In this document: positions 11,801 through 26,700 of the stretch, piece by piece | Layout of the letters: every line of letters begins with the position of its first letter | Position numbering within the stretch: position 1 is the first letter of the stretch | DNA from: Ruditapes philippinarum | Lineage: Eukaryota | Length of the DNA stretch: 64,000 nt | Assembly (NCBI RefSeq): GCF_026571515.1 | Contig: NW_026852163.1 | Span: forward strand, 310,001-374,000 | Direction of reading: 5' to 3' | Position numbers and translations under genes: made by a program | Notes under the pieces: model-generated | Told to the model about the DNA's origin: nothing | The model's input: the letters and a program-made list of their open reading frames with translations, nothing else | Databases searched by the model: none

Positions 11801-14800
11801 TGAAAATGATTTTACTTGAATTTAGCTTTGTCATTGTAAAATTGGGGACATTTTAAGTTAACTTTTTTTTCTGCTATTTAAATCTAAAGTTATGCCTCTA
11901 TCAACCTCCAGTGTTTCGAGGGGTTAATTGTTTCCAGAGTTGTTTCTAAATTTATAACTGTTAGATTGGAGAAAGAGATCCAAATGATATAATCAGTTTT
12001 CCTTTAAGAATTTTTAAAGAGTCATTTATTTTTATTCATAATTTATATGAATTCTGCATTAGAAGTACCGTACATGTGTTTTATGTCATAGTTATGACAA
12101 ATTGCACTCTGGCTAAAAAAAAAACATTTTCGATTTTATTTGTTTTATTTAAATAAGAAAAATACATAGAGAAATTACTATACAGAGCAAAAGTCACATC
12201 CATAAAGTAAAGCCATTGTGTAAACTCTTAATCTGCTGGATATACATATGGTTTTACACTGCACCTACACAATATATGGGGACCCTGCAGCTTTACTTGT
12301 GGAGGAAGACATCAGGTGCCTTTCTGTGTGTTATTTGAAGCATGAATGGACACCTGATTAGAAATATTGATGTTTCGTAAGCTAGCTGCAGGATAGCTTC
12401 CTTACATGAAAGAATTCCAAAGTCCCTGTCAGGGATTCGAACCCACAGCAGTGAGGGACAAGTGGTTTGAAGAAACAAAAATGATTAGCCTTTTGCCAAC
12501 AGTAGGTCAGCTTGCACTTCAATGCAGTCTGAGCAGGTTTTATGCTGATTTCTTACCAACTTCAAAATCCCCAAAATTGATAATGGACTGTCCCATAAAT
12601 GGTAGCTGGACAAGTCCATTTTAGAAATTCAGCAGGTTAAGGGTTAAGTTAAAGTATAATAATTTCATCAAAAAAAAAGAAAAAAAGAATGAAAATCAAA
12701 ATTAAAGTATCTAGGATAGTCCTCCACTCCGAGACACAATTATTTACATTTCGACTGAAATTTTATTGTTACTTAGCTAAGATTGAATATTATAACAGTG
12801 ACCATAAGGGTGTTATGTCAAAGTGTAAATAGAGGGCTTATTAACGGAATAAATATGTAAATAAGCACCTGATAGGGTAAAAATAGGGCCGCAATTTCTC
12901 TGTTTACATTGTCTGGCCGTTATATCATTCATTAAGATAATATTTTGCTACCCCCATCCTTACTATATAATATTATAATTTGACTGGAAATATTAGTATT
13001 TTTAATGTGTACATAAAGTTGTTACTATTTTGTGAGCTCATGCATTTATGTGAATGTGAATAATAATATCTTTCATGTGTAACGGTTTGGATCAGAATAT
13101 CGGTCCTAAGGGGACCTGCCCATTGGGCGTTAACGAGGCTTTGGTAAAATTACGTCATCATAAGCTTTCCATTGTACAGCAAGCTACTCATGTGGCATCC
13201 CCCATGCCAGATGAAATTTCCAGCATGGGTAAAACTAATGGAAATGCCAGAAATGTTTTTCAAAGTACAAATAGAATATTGTCTGAATTTTTAGGTCACA
13301 AACAGCCATCTAAAATTGATACAGCCACAGACTTTTAAAACAATGACAATGGGAATCACTAAAGAACCCTAAAAAACAGAAAAATTCAGAATGTTGCTGG
13401 CTTGGTGCGATAGTTTTTTCCAGAACAATTATTCTAACTCTCAAAAGTGACCTAAACATTGAAAAGGGTTGCAACACTTTTCACACAAATCGGGCTAAGA
13501 ATTGCACAAAAATACGGTTTTTCAAATTATTTTTGGGTATATTTCTTATCTCTTTGGCACATCTTTCTCTTTTATGGTAAGTGTTCCATTTGATCTATCT
13601 TTAAGAAATTCAAATTTTATGTTTTTAGGCATTTGGACCTCAGTGGAGTTCCTTTAATTTATACAGGGACTGTTTGCTAAATATATAAATCTAGCTTTAT
13701 ATATAGATAAATGCACCATACAGACTTCAGTTCATTGTTCGAGTAACAATAGGCAAAAAACATACACTTTGAATGGAAGAAATGGAAATTTAGTTCAAAA
13801 CTGATTTCAATAAACAAACTATTCAACTGTTTTGAATATGGCACAGTAATGGTATTTTAAAAAACATATTTGAATATGCTCCAGTCATTGTGTATTATAA
13901 ATGTGATAGTTTATAAATATGTTAATATGGAAAAGGTGCTAAATATTATTGGTTTTGTAAATAAAGTAAAAGTTTACCCACGATTTATTGAAGATATTTA
14001 CCTATATTGAGTAGATAAATATATTTAACCAGGTAGGAGAAAGAAATATATCGCATAAATCAAGAAGAAGAAAAAGCTTACCTATATGTAATACACAAGT
14101 CTTACAAAGAATGGCCGTGTCACTGTTATGAAAATTTTGCACTTTAATTGTGAAGATATTTGATTTAGATTTTAAAATTTTTTGTTGGATTTTTATTTTA
14201 AAAAGATATTTGGACGGATTTTCTGATTCTATATTTATAAGGTCTTTAGATTTTGGGACTCGTAAAATCACTGATTTGATCTTTGCCTTCTTTGATAATA
14301 TTAAAGGAATAATACTGCCTGTAAAATCTCTGATCTGCTGGGAAAAAAATTATGTGGCAAAATCTCGGCTAGTGCACAGAGTTAGTTTTGAAAAAAAATT
14401 TTTAAAAAATGAAACAGGCAAGAAAGCTTGATGTTCAAGGCATAATATACCTCGGAAACAAATGAATTTTTACAGAATTAGATAAAGGCGTAGTTGATTT
14501 TATTTAAAGTTTAAATAATGATTCAGAGCATGTAAGATGCTTGTAACATGAGAAAGAAAGTGATGAATGTGAAGAAAATTGTCATAAAAGTAGCAATATG
14601 TAAACAAAGTATTATTTTGACTTCCATACAAAATACTAAATCACTACAACTCTGTATACTTTGTTGCCAAAAAACTACAGATTAAAAAGATGGTTATACA
14701 ATAATGCAATAATTTTATAATAAATTTCCTTTTTGAAAATATAAAAATGCACTAAAAATAAAAAGCTTTTTGAGAAATAAAAATAAACGCCTTTCTGGGG

Positions 14801-17752
14801 CATTGGCCTTTAAATAACAAAGCTTACAAGTAGGTGATGCAACCTTGGAGCTATCATTACTATAAATTAGCTGACAGCATTTATTGAGTGTCAATTTAGA
14901 TATGGTATAATAATGATTGTTTTCATTTGTTTAATGAAATAAAACAACACAATTAGATGCAGTTTAAAACATCATCACCATCAGGTATTGCATTGTGCCA
15001 GGGGGACACAATCAGCTGTCGTACATAGGCAATTTGCACAAATCATTGTCACAATTAGGGACTTTCCTTTAAGGTTGATTGTTGTAATTATTTGATGTAA
15101 TATCTTCACTATATCCTGAGGGCTGTTGTGTCTACACGACATGTAATATTGTACAACTTTTCCTGTTTCGGTTTATACTTTAAAATAAAATCTCTTGCTT
15201 TGAAAACATTCTTTAGCAGATTTTAACAAAGAAAAGATATTATCTTTTGACACCATGCCCAAATCCATCATTGTTGACTGTCTAGTTGAATAAAGTATTT
15301 TACCTTAAAGCAGCATGCCAGATTCATGAAAATGTTCGTGAAAATTTTGAAAATGTATTTTAAAGTAAAATATTGTGAAGTTAACAAAGAAAGTAATTTA
15401 CACATTGAAAATGGCAATAACTATCCATGTAAATTGTCAAAAAAGGTTCAAAATATGCAATAAATACCCTTACTCAGAGTTAGTCATGCATTAGAAATAT
15501 AGTGATAAACACTGAAAAATCAGTCATTAATTGCACATAACATATAAATTATTACTTTTATCTTGAATCTTTTTACTTTACTTAAAATTCGAGTTCATTT
15601 TTTTCTCAAATTTGACTTTCTTTCATCTGGAGGCATGCAGCTTTAAAAGCACAAATGTTTTGAATTTATTGTACATATTCTTGTATACATTACAATTGCT
15701 GAATTTTGTATGTAACAAGACTTTGATGAATCAAATGTTTAATTGACAGTCAGTATAAAATAAAGATAAAACACCAGGTAAAAATACAATTTTAACTTAT
15801 AAAAATGCAGTATTTAGAACTGCAATATCTATTCTTAGCATTTCATAGTAGAAATATTAAAGATGTGCAATCTAGATAAATATTATCCCAAACTGAAAGA
15901 TAATTGGAGATTCGAATTCAAGATAATTATGTTAATTAAGTAAAGCTTTAATTAGAAGGTAAATTGAATTAAAATTTAATTGCCATTAGATAATTAAATA
16001 ATGCTGAAAATTTATATATATATTATGTGTTTTAAAAATGATATTTGGATATTATTTTCCTATACCTGTAATTTTTCTTTGTTGAGTATATAACATAAAG
16101 CAAAAAATGTTATTGTTTAGAAAGTTAACTCTTGCGTGCCTAATATGGTAAGATTATTACCTCCCTTGATTTACCTGAGAAAACTCTAGGTGGTGTGTAT
16201 TACAGAACGTTTGTCATCCAATAGTGGATAGTACAACACCTGTCATTTTATACATGATAACATAGATAGAAGCAGGGATTTTACATGCTTGTGTACTATT
16301 TCATTTTAAAGAAAAACCGAAAATAGAAAATGTTATTTTAAAATATGGTCATCGATAAATGACAAATGAAGTTTGTGCGAAATTTACGTTGTGAATTTGT
16401 CAGATTTTAAATCAGCTGGTAGAATTTTTAAAAAATAAAATCGGTCATATAAAGAAATAGTACAATGAGTGATTTACATAACGTTAAATGAAATTTTACG
16501 AATAAATCTTACACGCTAAATTTTACGTGTGAAGAATTTGTGGATTTTAGGTTAAACATTTTTCTTCTGCTCTGGCAATGGATTATAAAGGGGGTTAAAG
16601 ACTTAAAGAACCCAACTGTGAAAATTTAAGCCACTCCAGTTACAGATTAGGTGGTGAAATTTAAGTGCCTGTTTGCCTAAGCAATTATTGATGGATTAAA
16701 ATCTTTTTCTCAGTTTTGGTAGCGTTTTCGTTTTCGTTAAAATATTGTAAAATATTTATTTATGATTTGAAAAACATGTGTCAAAAAGTGTACAAAGAAA
16801 TATGTGTACATTAAAGGATGCACTTTTTTTAAATTGACAATATTGTGATGAAAAGTGTATAAATTAAGTATGACAGTCGAAACCCCCCTGAGGATGTTTT
16901 TAAAAGATTACTTATAAGATGAATAAGTAATTTAGTGTAAAATATTAGATACTCTGTCGATATTATTTGTGGAATGTACTGCACACAATGGACAAGAATG
17001 ACTAAAATTGCACACCCTGTGTAAACTAAAAAAAACACCCTGTTATATTGTTATTACACAGTATTGGAAGAAAATACGAGATTACACAATACTGTTAAAA
17101 CAAATAGGTTTTATTTTGAAATAACATTTATTATTACCTTTATTGAGATAACACCAAGATATGCGTATATTTATACATCATGATGGAAAATCAATGTGAA
17201 CTGTGACAGGCTGTGTATGATTCATTTATTTCACAAATTCTACTCAATAAAAAAAATAATATATACACATCAATAAACTACTGGATAAATTTTATTCATG
17301 TTTGTCTTGGAATATTTACAAAGTGAATTATGAGGATATTTTGCTAATCAAATTTGGATATTTAGTTGATAAAAGTGTGAAATAAAAAAATTAAAAAAAC
17401 GGAACGAAAATGATTCGAGGGCGTAAAGAAGGGAAAAGTTACGCCACCTGGTTTATTGGCTTTGACAATGGTAAGAATTATGTAAATTAACATATTTTAT
17501 TTGGAAAAAAAAATGAATCAGTGAACAATTATCATTCTAACAATTAAAACTTCCACCTGATTTTTTGTAGAGCTTTTTTGATGGGTGGGAGGGACAGGAG
17601 ATGGCTAAGGATAAATACCTGAAATCTTTGATATACTTTAAGTCTTTTCTTAACAAAACCTTATTATCTTACCTAACATGAAGTAAACACAGAATTTTCT
17701 TTTTCAGGAAGTTGATTACAGTATTTCAAAAACATGGATATTCTAATTCTGG

Positions 17753-17787
<35 letters not shown>

Positions 17788-20700
17788 ACACAACACACAA
17801 AGTCCCACCCTTAGAAAGTCTAGACTGCATTGTCAAAAACATAATAAATTTTGTTACCAGGTACATGTATATAAACAAAAGACTAATAATACAGAGATTT
17901 TTTCTCACTGGGCCGCCATTCAATTATCAGTATCTATAACTTAATTACCAAGATCCCCCTTTATCTTGTCTCTCTATACCTAACCATTGTACTCTTCTTC
18001 CTTATTAGGTATGCTATGTTATTGACTTGAATTGTAGTCTAAATAATTAATTATACACAAGCAATGCAAACTTAATTACACATGCAAAGATAGGGCATCA
18101 CAGGTCACGATGTTTGAAATATCTGTAAAGATTAATTCAGTTAGAAAATCTCATTGCGTAAATTTATCATAGTTTTTTCAAGTTTTCAAAGCACCTTAGG
18201 TACAGTTTCCTAATATGTAACACTGGTTTCCTGTTGTGAAGACTTGATATATTTGTTATTGTTAATTGATTTTCATTCACGAAATTGTTATCTAATGATG
18301 TGGTAATGAACTTTGCAGTTTCACATAATGAAAACAGCTAAGAATATGTCTCTGACATTGATAACAATTTCGCATCCAACCTTTCATGAGTCAGTATTAA
18401 TTTAAAGCCAACAATAACAAAAAAAAAACACCAAAAAAAACCAACAAAAACACCCAAAGGATTCCTAAATACCCATAACAATGTTTCATACATGTTCAAG
18501 TCTATATATGTCAAACTGTGTTTCTATGCTAAGAAATGCTTAAACAATTGAACTTGACTTCATTGAAACTAAATAAAAAGATAGAATATTTTTGTAGGAA
18601 AGAAATGTCTCCCTGCTTCTTTGTTCTTTGTTACGTACTATCAGAGAAAGCTTGGAAAGACCGTTACATGCCATATTGTGGTATTAGCTTTGAAATATGA
18701 TACAATGTTAACACCTGGGATAATGCTGGGACAAAATCAATATGCCACTTATGTTTGAACACAGTTCCCAACAATGAAATGATTAATTTCCTTGTCACGG
18801 GCTATTTTTAGACTCTCTTTTCCATTTTGTTGCTGGAAATAATCTGGTGCCGTTAATACATTTTTGATGTGCACAAAGGTTTGATCAGCATTTGTTGCAA
18901 TTAAGATTATGTAATAATCTCTTGTTTAAACTTTTCTTTCTAATATTATTGTTTAAATAGCTTCATCATTTAATGTAATGCCCAGTAGATACCATAATAG
19001 ATGTCTATCAGATGAAATCAACATTATTCTCATAAACTAGGTAGGAAAAATACTGAACAACTGCGTGTCAGAAAAGGCATATCAGTAAACTGCTTTCTTT
19101 GCATAGGAATCATAATATAATCATATAATTTACAAAAAAAATGAAATTTTTCCCCTAAAAGTTGTTAAGTTATTATTTAGAAATGCATGTTATTGCAGTC
19201 ACATGGCAAAAATAGGAACAGATATTGTAATATGTATATTGTACATGAAAGAATGAAGAAATTAACATTTTCAAAATAAATTACAAAATAATATGTTACT
19301 TTCTGCCTATTTAAGTTAGAACTACAGAAATAAAACACTGTCACTTATAGAAGGAAGGAACCAAAAAGCAGCTATTGAACTAAACTTTACTTAAAAAGTA
19401 ACGGTATATGAAAAGTATTTTTTAAAAAACGTCTCTGTTAATAAAGAAACAAAAAAAAGGAAGATATATATATGCCAAGCACTTTATACAGCAACAAATT
19501 AGTTTACAGACAATATAATAATAATACTTAAGGGTTTTCATTATTAGCAGATTGGCGATCCAATTATCATCGGTTGAAATGCTGTTAGAATCGGTTGTAT
19601 TTTCAGCCTGTAGATTTAAAATCCCCCTTTGTCCCTTGGCCAAATTGGTTGTTTTCATTGGCACATCTGTTGCCTCAGCATTCTGTAATTGTTTACTAAA
19701 TGTTTAGTTATTGTAACAGAAGTGTGGGAAGAGGAAAAAATTGAAGGAAAAAAAAATCAATTTAAAGTTAATTTGAGGACAATGTAAAACTACCTATCAA
19801 AGATGACTCATAAATCATTTGTTAAACGTCAATGACTGACATAAGACTGACAATAGATAAAAGATTATTTACAAATCTTATCTGCCATTGTTTATACTCC
19901 ATATCTATTTACTAATTGTCATTTCTGATTGAAGTATTGATAGGAAAAGATTTGTTTACATTATTATTCTTGTCATTCAAATTAATTGTTTGGGTTGATA
20001 AATCAATTCTTTGGGTTACTGATGAAAAATTATTCAACTGTTAACTTTAATGTGTCTCAAACAAAAATTTCTTCTTGTTTTAGTGTTTTGTTTATACAAA
20101 TTGTTTGAAATATTACAAAATTTTATGGCGAGAAAATATGACTATATTTGGCTTTCATGTCTGGGTTTAAAACTGATTCAGGCTTTTTTAATGTCTTTAT
20201 ACACAAGTCATGCTATATTCATTTATAGATCTGTGGGCTTTTTCGGCAGTGGGCTTTTGTCTGACATGCAGTTTTGGTATGAAACAGGGTAACATATTGG
20301 CCCTATGGTTGTCTTCTTTAAATAAACAGAAATTCCACTTTATTACTGTCACTGTAACTATATGACTTAACATTTCTGTATGACTTGACATTATCTGATT
20401 TAACATATAAGTCTGTTTTGAATTTCCCAGGTTATGTTGTCTTTAGATAATTGATTAAAGGGCATTAACTCTTTATCTTTTTAATATTTTGTAAACTGGC
20501 TACTCAATCCATGGCTTTTGTTACTCATGATTAAAGTAATTTGAAGAATTTTAATCATTTTGTTTTCCTGAATTTCTTGAGTTTGGATAATTTGTTTATA
20601 TATTATAATCTATTAGCATAAATAAGGTTTAACTGAGCAGGGGCGATAACTCTGTATTATCAATGGAACTATTTTAATTTGATAAAAAAGGGGTAAAAGA

Positions 20701-23700
20701 TTTACAATCTTAAAAAAAAGATGTTATATTTATTGAAACAATATCTATGTCGGGGCAAATAACTCTTTTTTGATTTGCAAATATTTCGATTAATGGATTA
20801 ATTAGGTCTGACCTAAATATTTTGAGAAGGTGCCATATTTAGTGTGGTATGTGCTGAGAGAAGAAGATTCTATAGATATGGTTTTTCTTTATGCCAGATT
20901 TTTTTTCTTCGTTGTTTTAAATATTTAAAGACTAATACACTTAGTAGTAGTATGTATTTGCAAGTCATTCCTTTAATAGTATTGGTAATCAATTCGCTTC
21001 CCGGGAGTTCAAGATGTTGTCAACGGAGATAGCGTAACCTTAATTTATTTGAATAAGAACATTGTTTCCTGTACTCGTAGATTACGTTAAAAGTTTGAAT
21101 TAAAAATGTTATCGGTTTGGCACGTGCCTAGCCTAGGCCATCAATAGTTTGACTTTATCATCAAAGATCTTGATAGAATATGACAATGTGGTTTCCTGTG
21201 ATATGTAAATAAAAGATATTGTTTTGTTTTTTTTCCTTTGTGTAAATGTTTGGGCCTATGCATAAGTTTGAAAAAGAATCTTTGTCAATATGAAGATTAC
21301 AGCGTGCTGAAGCTTTGTAAATAAACTTTTTAAAGGAAGAAAAGATTTTTAATGTACCCAAAGGTGACGTAACTGACCCATGTATACAGGTAAAGCATAG
21401 TTTGGTAATCGGCCAATGTTTTTAAAACAAAGGATTTGAAATCATATATGTCACCACCTGTGTTTAATATAGAAATTGTAGCTAAATTAAACTTAATAAG
21501 AATGGGGAGTTATTTTATGCACAGGTTGGGTTAATAAATAAGTATAGCAAGAAAAATAATTGCCGACTTTGATCAATGAAACCTGACGAAGAAGTTTAAT
21601 ATGTTGAAATTGTTAAACGATTCGTAATCAAACTGAAACATTCTAATTTACTTTCTGGTATGATTTGAGACATGTTTAATTATGATCATTGAAAGATAGA
21701 ACTTATGCAAGAAATCTGAACAGTTGTAAGTCATCCACACAATTTTTAGGTCAATTATGGCAGCTTTTTAACTAAAACTAAAAATATTTCAAGGTTCAAA
21801 GGTTAAATTCCATGCGTATTAGCATAATTAAATCTTAAATTTGTGACATGATTTGTTATTTTAATGTTACTAGAAAGTAATCATTCAATATAATCTATGT
21901 ACCTGTTTGACTTTTAAGCATTAAAGTCTTAAAATATAATTAGTGTGATAAAGTTTGCATTTAAAGTGTGGTTTGATTAAAAAGTAATCAAATTAAGCAG
22001 AACTAATTGGTTGTTATAGGTCATAAAAACATAAAATTTTAATCACAAAAGGGGTCATTGATGAATTTTAAGCAAATATTTTCCTGACTTCTTAACATAC
22101 TGTTCATCTGATGCTTGTAACATTCAAACCAAGGACATTGCCATGTTTCTTTTCATAAAAAACATGTCTGGGCAATATCATAAGCATTCATTCCTGATAC
22201 AAAAATATTCAGGTCTCTCAAATTATAGTATCAAATCAAGCTCAAGTCACTATGTTAGAAAACTTTAATATGACAGTCTCTCATATAAACTGAGTACTAT
22301 TGTTTCACCTTACTTATAATAGGGTCAAGTAAAAAACTGCAGATTTCAAGCCCTGTCTTATGAGTGCTCCCACTTGTAGGCGAGAAAATTGATACTGTCT
22401 GTAAATTATTCCAGCAGGCCTCTTGTTACAGAAATCAGCTATAGACTGTATATGGTAATGATATCTCATATATAGATAAAACTTTTATCTGCTATCATCC
22501 TATTTAACATAATTTCAAGGTGTTACCTAAAATATGACATACATAATTATACACTATAACATTTCATTAACATACATTATTTTGATTAATAGAAGTAAAG
22601 ATGAATAGGATAACCAAGAACATATAACAGTCAGCAAGTGCTTTGTTAACTCAATAATTCTTATTATTTATTTGAGCTTTTCTTTGGTTCATTATAATTA
22701 TTAAGCTATTCGTGTTTAAATGTTGAATTTAATATTTTACATGAACTTAAAAAATGTGACGAAAATTTGATGATTGAATTTAATATTTTACATGAACTTA
22801 AAAAAATTTCTGGCAAAAAACAGAGGAAAACAAAAACAGTTCTAAGGTCCAAAATTTAATGAATAGATTGTCTGAACAGGTGTAGGGCATGATATGGTCT
22901 AGAAATATTTGTTTATTATGATATTTGAGAATGTTTTTTTAAAAAAATGTTGAATGTGTGTGGTTTATGGTTTTCGCAGTAACATTGTCTAAAATTTAAT
23001 TGATATTTAGCCAGATATTCATGACTGGGTGAGTTTTAAGATATCGATATATAATACAGGTAATTCTATAATCCGCTAAAATGTTTCACTTATATAATTG
23101 TGTAATTGAATATGTGTATATTTTCTTTGTTTTGTTTCGACTAAAGGGAAGTGATTGCAGTATGGCGTGACATGTGATTAAAGGCATTCAAGGTTGCGTA
23201 AAATACGTCCTAATTTTGGTATTTAATTAAAATCAATCTTTGTGGTGAAAGGAGAGATTTAAAGTGATATATTTAAGCAAGAAATTAATGCGTATTGAAA
23301 TCGCAACTTTACAAAAAGGGGTCCACGTCTGTAGATTATACACAATCCGCAACTTTAAAAAGGGCCCAGACTGCAGATAAAATTTATTTAAAGAATAAGC
23401 ATCTACATTTAGTACAATGTACATAATGATGACAAATCCCCAAGTCATGTATCTTTTTAGATTCTTTCTTGCATTATTTGTTGATACAAAAATGGGCGTT
23501 GTAACATGGCTCAGAAAAGGGGTTGTTGTTTTTGTTTTTGGAGGTCAATGCTAAGGTTCTCAGAAATATTTTGCACAAGAAGTAACCAATGGGTGTTTAA
23601 CATAATATATACATACAAATTATCAAATTATATTGGAAAAACTAATAATTTAAATTTAAACTTTATATTTTTGTAAAATTTGATTATGGCATGGCATTGA

Positions 23701-26700
23701 ACTAGGAACTACTAAATGTGTATTATTTGCTTGGTTTTTAGGCCAACTTTTAACAAATATTAGGTCATATAACGACTAACATATTAGGCTTTCTTGATAA
23801 ATAACCAGTAGCTTAAAGTTTGAACCTATTCTGGTGTTCTTGGCGTGTTGTTCTACATCCCGTCCATGTTTACTTAGTTTGAAACATATTTCTTGTAAAT
23901 AAAATCTTACATATTTTACTAGCATATATTTAAATATTGTAATCCGATATGATTCATCAGTAAAGCATGCATTTAAGGGAATTATTGTTCAGTAATAATA
24001 GGTGACATGTAATTACATAACTGAATTTAAATTACCGTCTATATTTAAAGTTTTATGTATTTCTTAAACATCCGTATGCATAGGATTTATATAGGGCATG
24101 TTTAAAATTGAAGAGTCATTCCCGGTTGTAAAATAATATACATTGACTAGTGTTTCACATGATACCTGTTGATGTTGATTTTATATTTTATAACAATCTG
24201 TTATGAAATTTTTTTTATAAAATATATAATAAAAGTGGCTGAATAAAAAATTAACAGAAGAATTGTCGTTTCTGTCATCTTATCTTCGTTCCTCAAAAGA
24301 GTTGTTACATTGAACGTCGTTATTATTTAACACATTTGAGCCGTGTCACGACAAAACCAACATAATGGGTTTGCAACCAGCATGGATCCAGACCAGCCTG
24401 CACATCCGCGCAGTCTGATCAGGATCCACGCTGTTCGCTATAGGGTTGGTAAGCAGACAGCATGGATCCTGATCAGACTGTGCGGATGCGCAGGCTGGTC
24501 TGGATCCATGCTGGTCGCAAACGCACTATGTTGGTTTTGTCATGATGTGGCTCATTTGAATAATGTTCGTAAGCTGAATTAAATGTTTTGGTATTTTGAT
24601 CAGGGTTTTAACCGTTTGGCAATGATTTCGTGCACGCGCCATTCCCTCGTAAAGAAGTATGCAAACATATTTCTTTCATATTTTAAGTATGATCTTATGC
24701 ACACGCCATTTACTCTTAAGGAAATATGACTTCGTGCATGCGAGGAAATATGCAAAATCACATTTCTTTCATAGGGGTACTTTAGAAGTATTCTTTTTCA
24801 AAATTTTAATAATAATTTTTTGCAGCGGATGTAATTCCTGTATACACATTAACCATACTTTTATTCTTGCTCTATTATATAATGTACTTGAATATACTTA
24901 AATAATCATGTAACACATTGATATCATATAATAAGTATCCTTACAAAAGGAGGATATGGGGAAAATCGAGACAATAAACGCGAAGCCTAATTAGCATACC
25001 GTACGCATCAGCTTTATTTACATGCTTTTAAATTATCTCAAATGAATTTAATTTTTGTTACGGAAGAAAATTTATTATTAATTTGACATCGTAACATCAC
25101 TAAGTCTTGGTTTTTTATATTGGCATTGCACATCAAAGATTAAACTTGGGAGTTTTAATGTCTATAGTTAGAACAACATTTTGATAATTAAGATAAATTG
25201 AATAAATGTTGTTGCCAATGATTTTGAAGCGTAAAAATGAGCAGCGATGTCCTAATATCACTCAGAAATCGTGTACATTTAGTTAATTAATAACGGTAAT
25301 TTAATTATCGCTCAGAAATCGTGTAAATTATTTAATTATGAAATACGTAAACAATAATTAAATTCAGATTTCACAACAAGGTTGACGTTTGATTGAAACT
25401 TGCGTAGATCGTTGTGACATTTCAGATAGACACTGTTAACCTTACGTGTGACATTTATTACTATAATATTATGCGATTTTCATGTCCCGATGACCATTAA
25501 ACATAAAACTCGCCAATAATTAATACAGTGAATTTTAAATATCGTTCCATTTTCATACAAACATTCGTTGATTGTTGAAAAAAAAGAATCCTATTGTATG
25601 CTTTAAAGTGATCTATAAATTGGCAAAGATGTTTATAATTTTGTAAGAAGATTTCCGGTTATAAGACCAACGCCTATAGTTTTACCGTATTGAACTTTAA
25701 TTAATTTGAAGTTTTTGCCCTAAAATACAATTTTTACTGTCAAACAATAAATATGATGTTTGTTGTTGCTTTTTTGGGTTTTTAATTTTTTTTTGTAAAT
25801 GCACATTCGTAGACTTACCAAAATGCATTATTTTGCTGCAGTGAGTCTTTATTCCTTTCTTAACTTTTTCCACGAGTTTTCAAATCAAGCATGATACTGG
25901 TCACCAGTCTGAGGTCTATACTTGCAAAGCATGATGGTTGCTTTAATACCTGAACAGTCTTGATGCAGCTTCACATGCATGGCATGAAATAAGTGTTTAA
26001 CCCCTTAAGTACAGCACTACACCCTTCTTTATTCCTAGTCTAGACAAAACCATTGATTATTATTATTTTTCAAAAAATTTCAACATTTATACTGACTGAA
26101 TAGCAAACAAGAGCAAACCATGATCAGACGGCACAGTATTTCATCACCTTAGTGCAGGAATGCGTTAGCTCCTTATATTATTTGATATGAGTTAACCAGT
26201 TACTGCACGTAGGTAATGAAATGATCTTGGTCAATATTTTGTCACCTGAGCAGGCTCGAAGAACTAATCAAAAAGTTAAATGACTGGTCAAAGATATTAT
26301 TTGAGACTTCTGAGGGAAAAACTGACTGAGAAAGAAGAAGAAAGTACAATAATAAAGTAACAAAAACATAACCATTGTAGTGGGTTCTACCGGGGCGGTA
26401 CTTTAACAATATTTGGCAAAAAGCCCTCAAAACAAATAGTAATGTAATGATATATATTTGTTTTCTGTGTTTTCATTTTTCAAGCATGAAAAAATGTTGT
26501 CACGATTCATCATTATTTGTAAAACAATTTGAAGTATGTTTTATGAAACACAATTCATATACCATAGTATTACCATATATTATGTAATACATGATCTGAA
26601 TCCTATAGGTTGAACATTTTGTTCCTGATATATTATGATCAAATATGATGAATTAAGTTTTAGCTTAAAAAAAAGAAATTTCAAAAAGTTTGACATACAA

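Noticed and set aside
13075-13338. 87-aa ORF as an exon or nested gene
   Set aside because: No recognisable motif or compatible splice sites; adjoins transposon remnants.
17712-17939. Poly-Pro / poly-Gly ORFs
   Set aside because: Produced by the C33 homopolymer; no convincing in-phase splice structure.
23020-23036. atgactgg|gtgagt as another first exon
   Set aside because: Good donor, but the ATG gives phase 2, out of frame with exon 38598; it could at most be non-coding.
24343-24582. ORFs 'MDPDQPAHPRSLIRIHAVR' and 'AGWSGSMLVANPLCWFC' (also 8705, 44269-44654)
   Set aside because: Translations of the palindromic MITE, not proteins.
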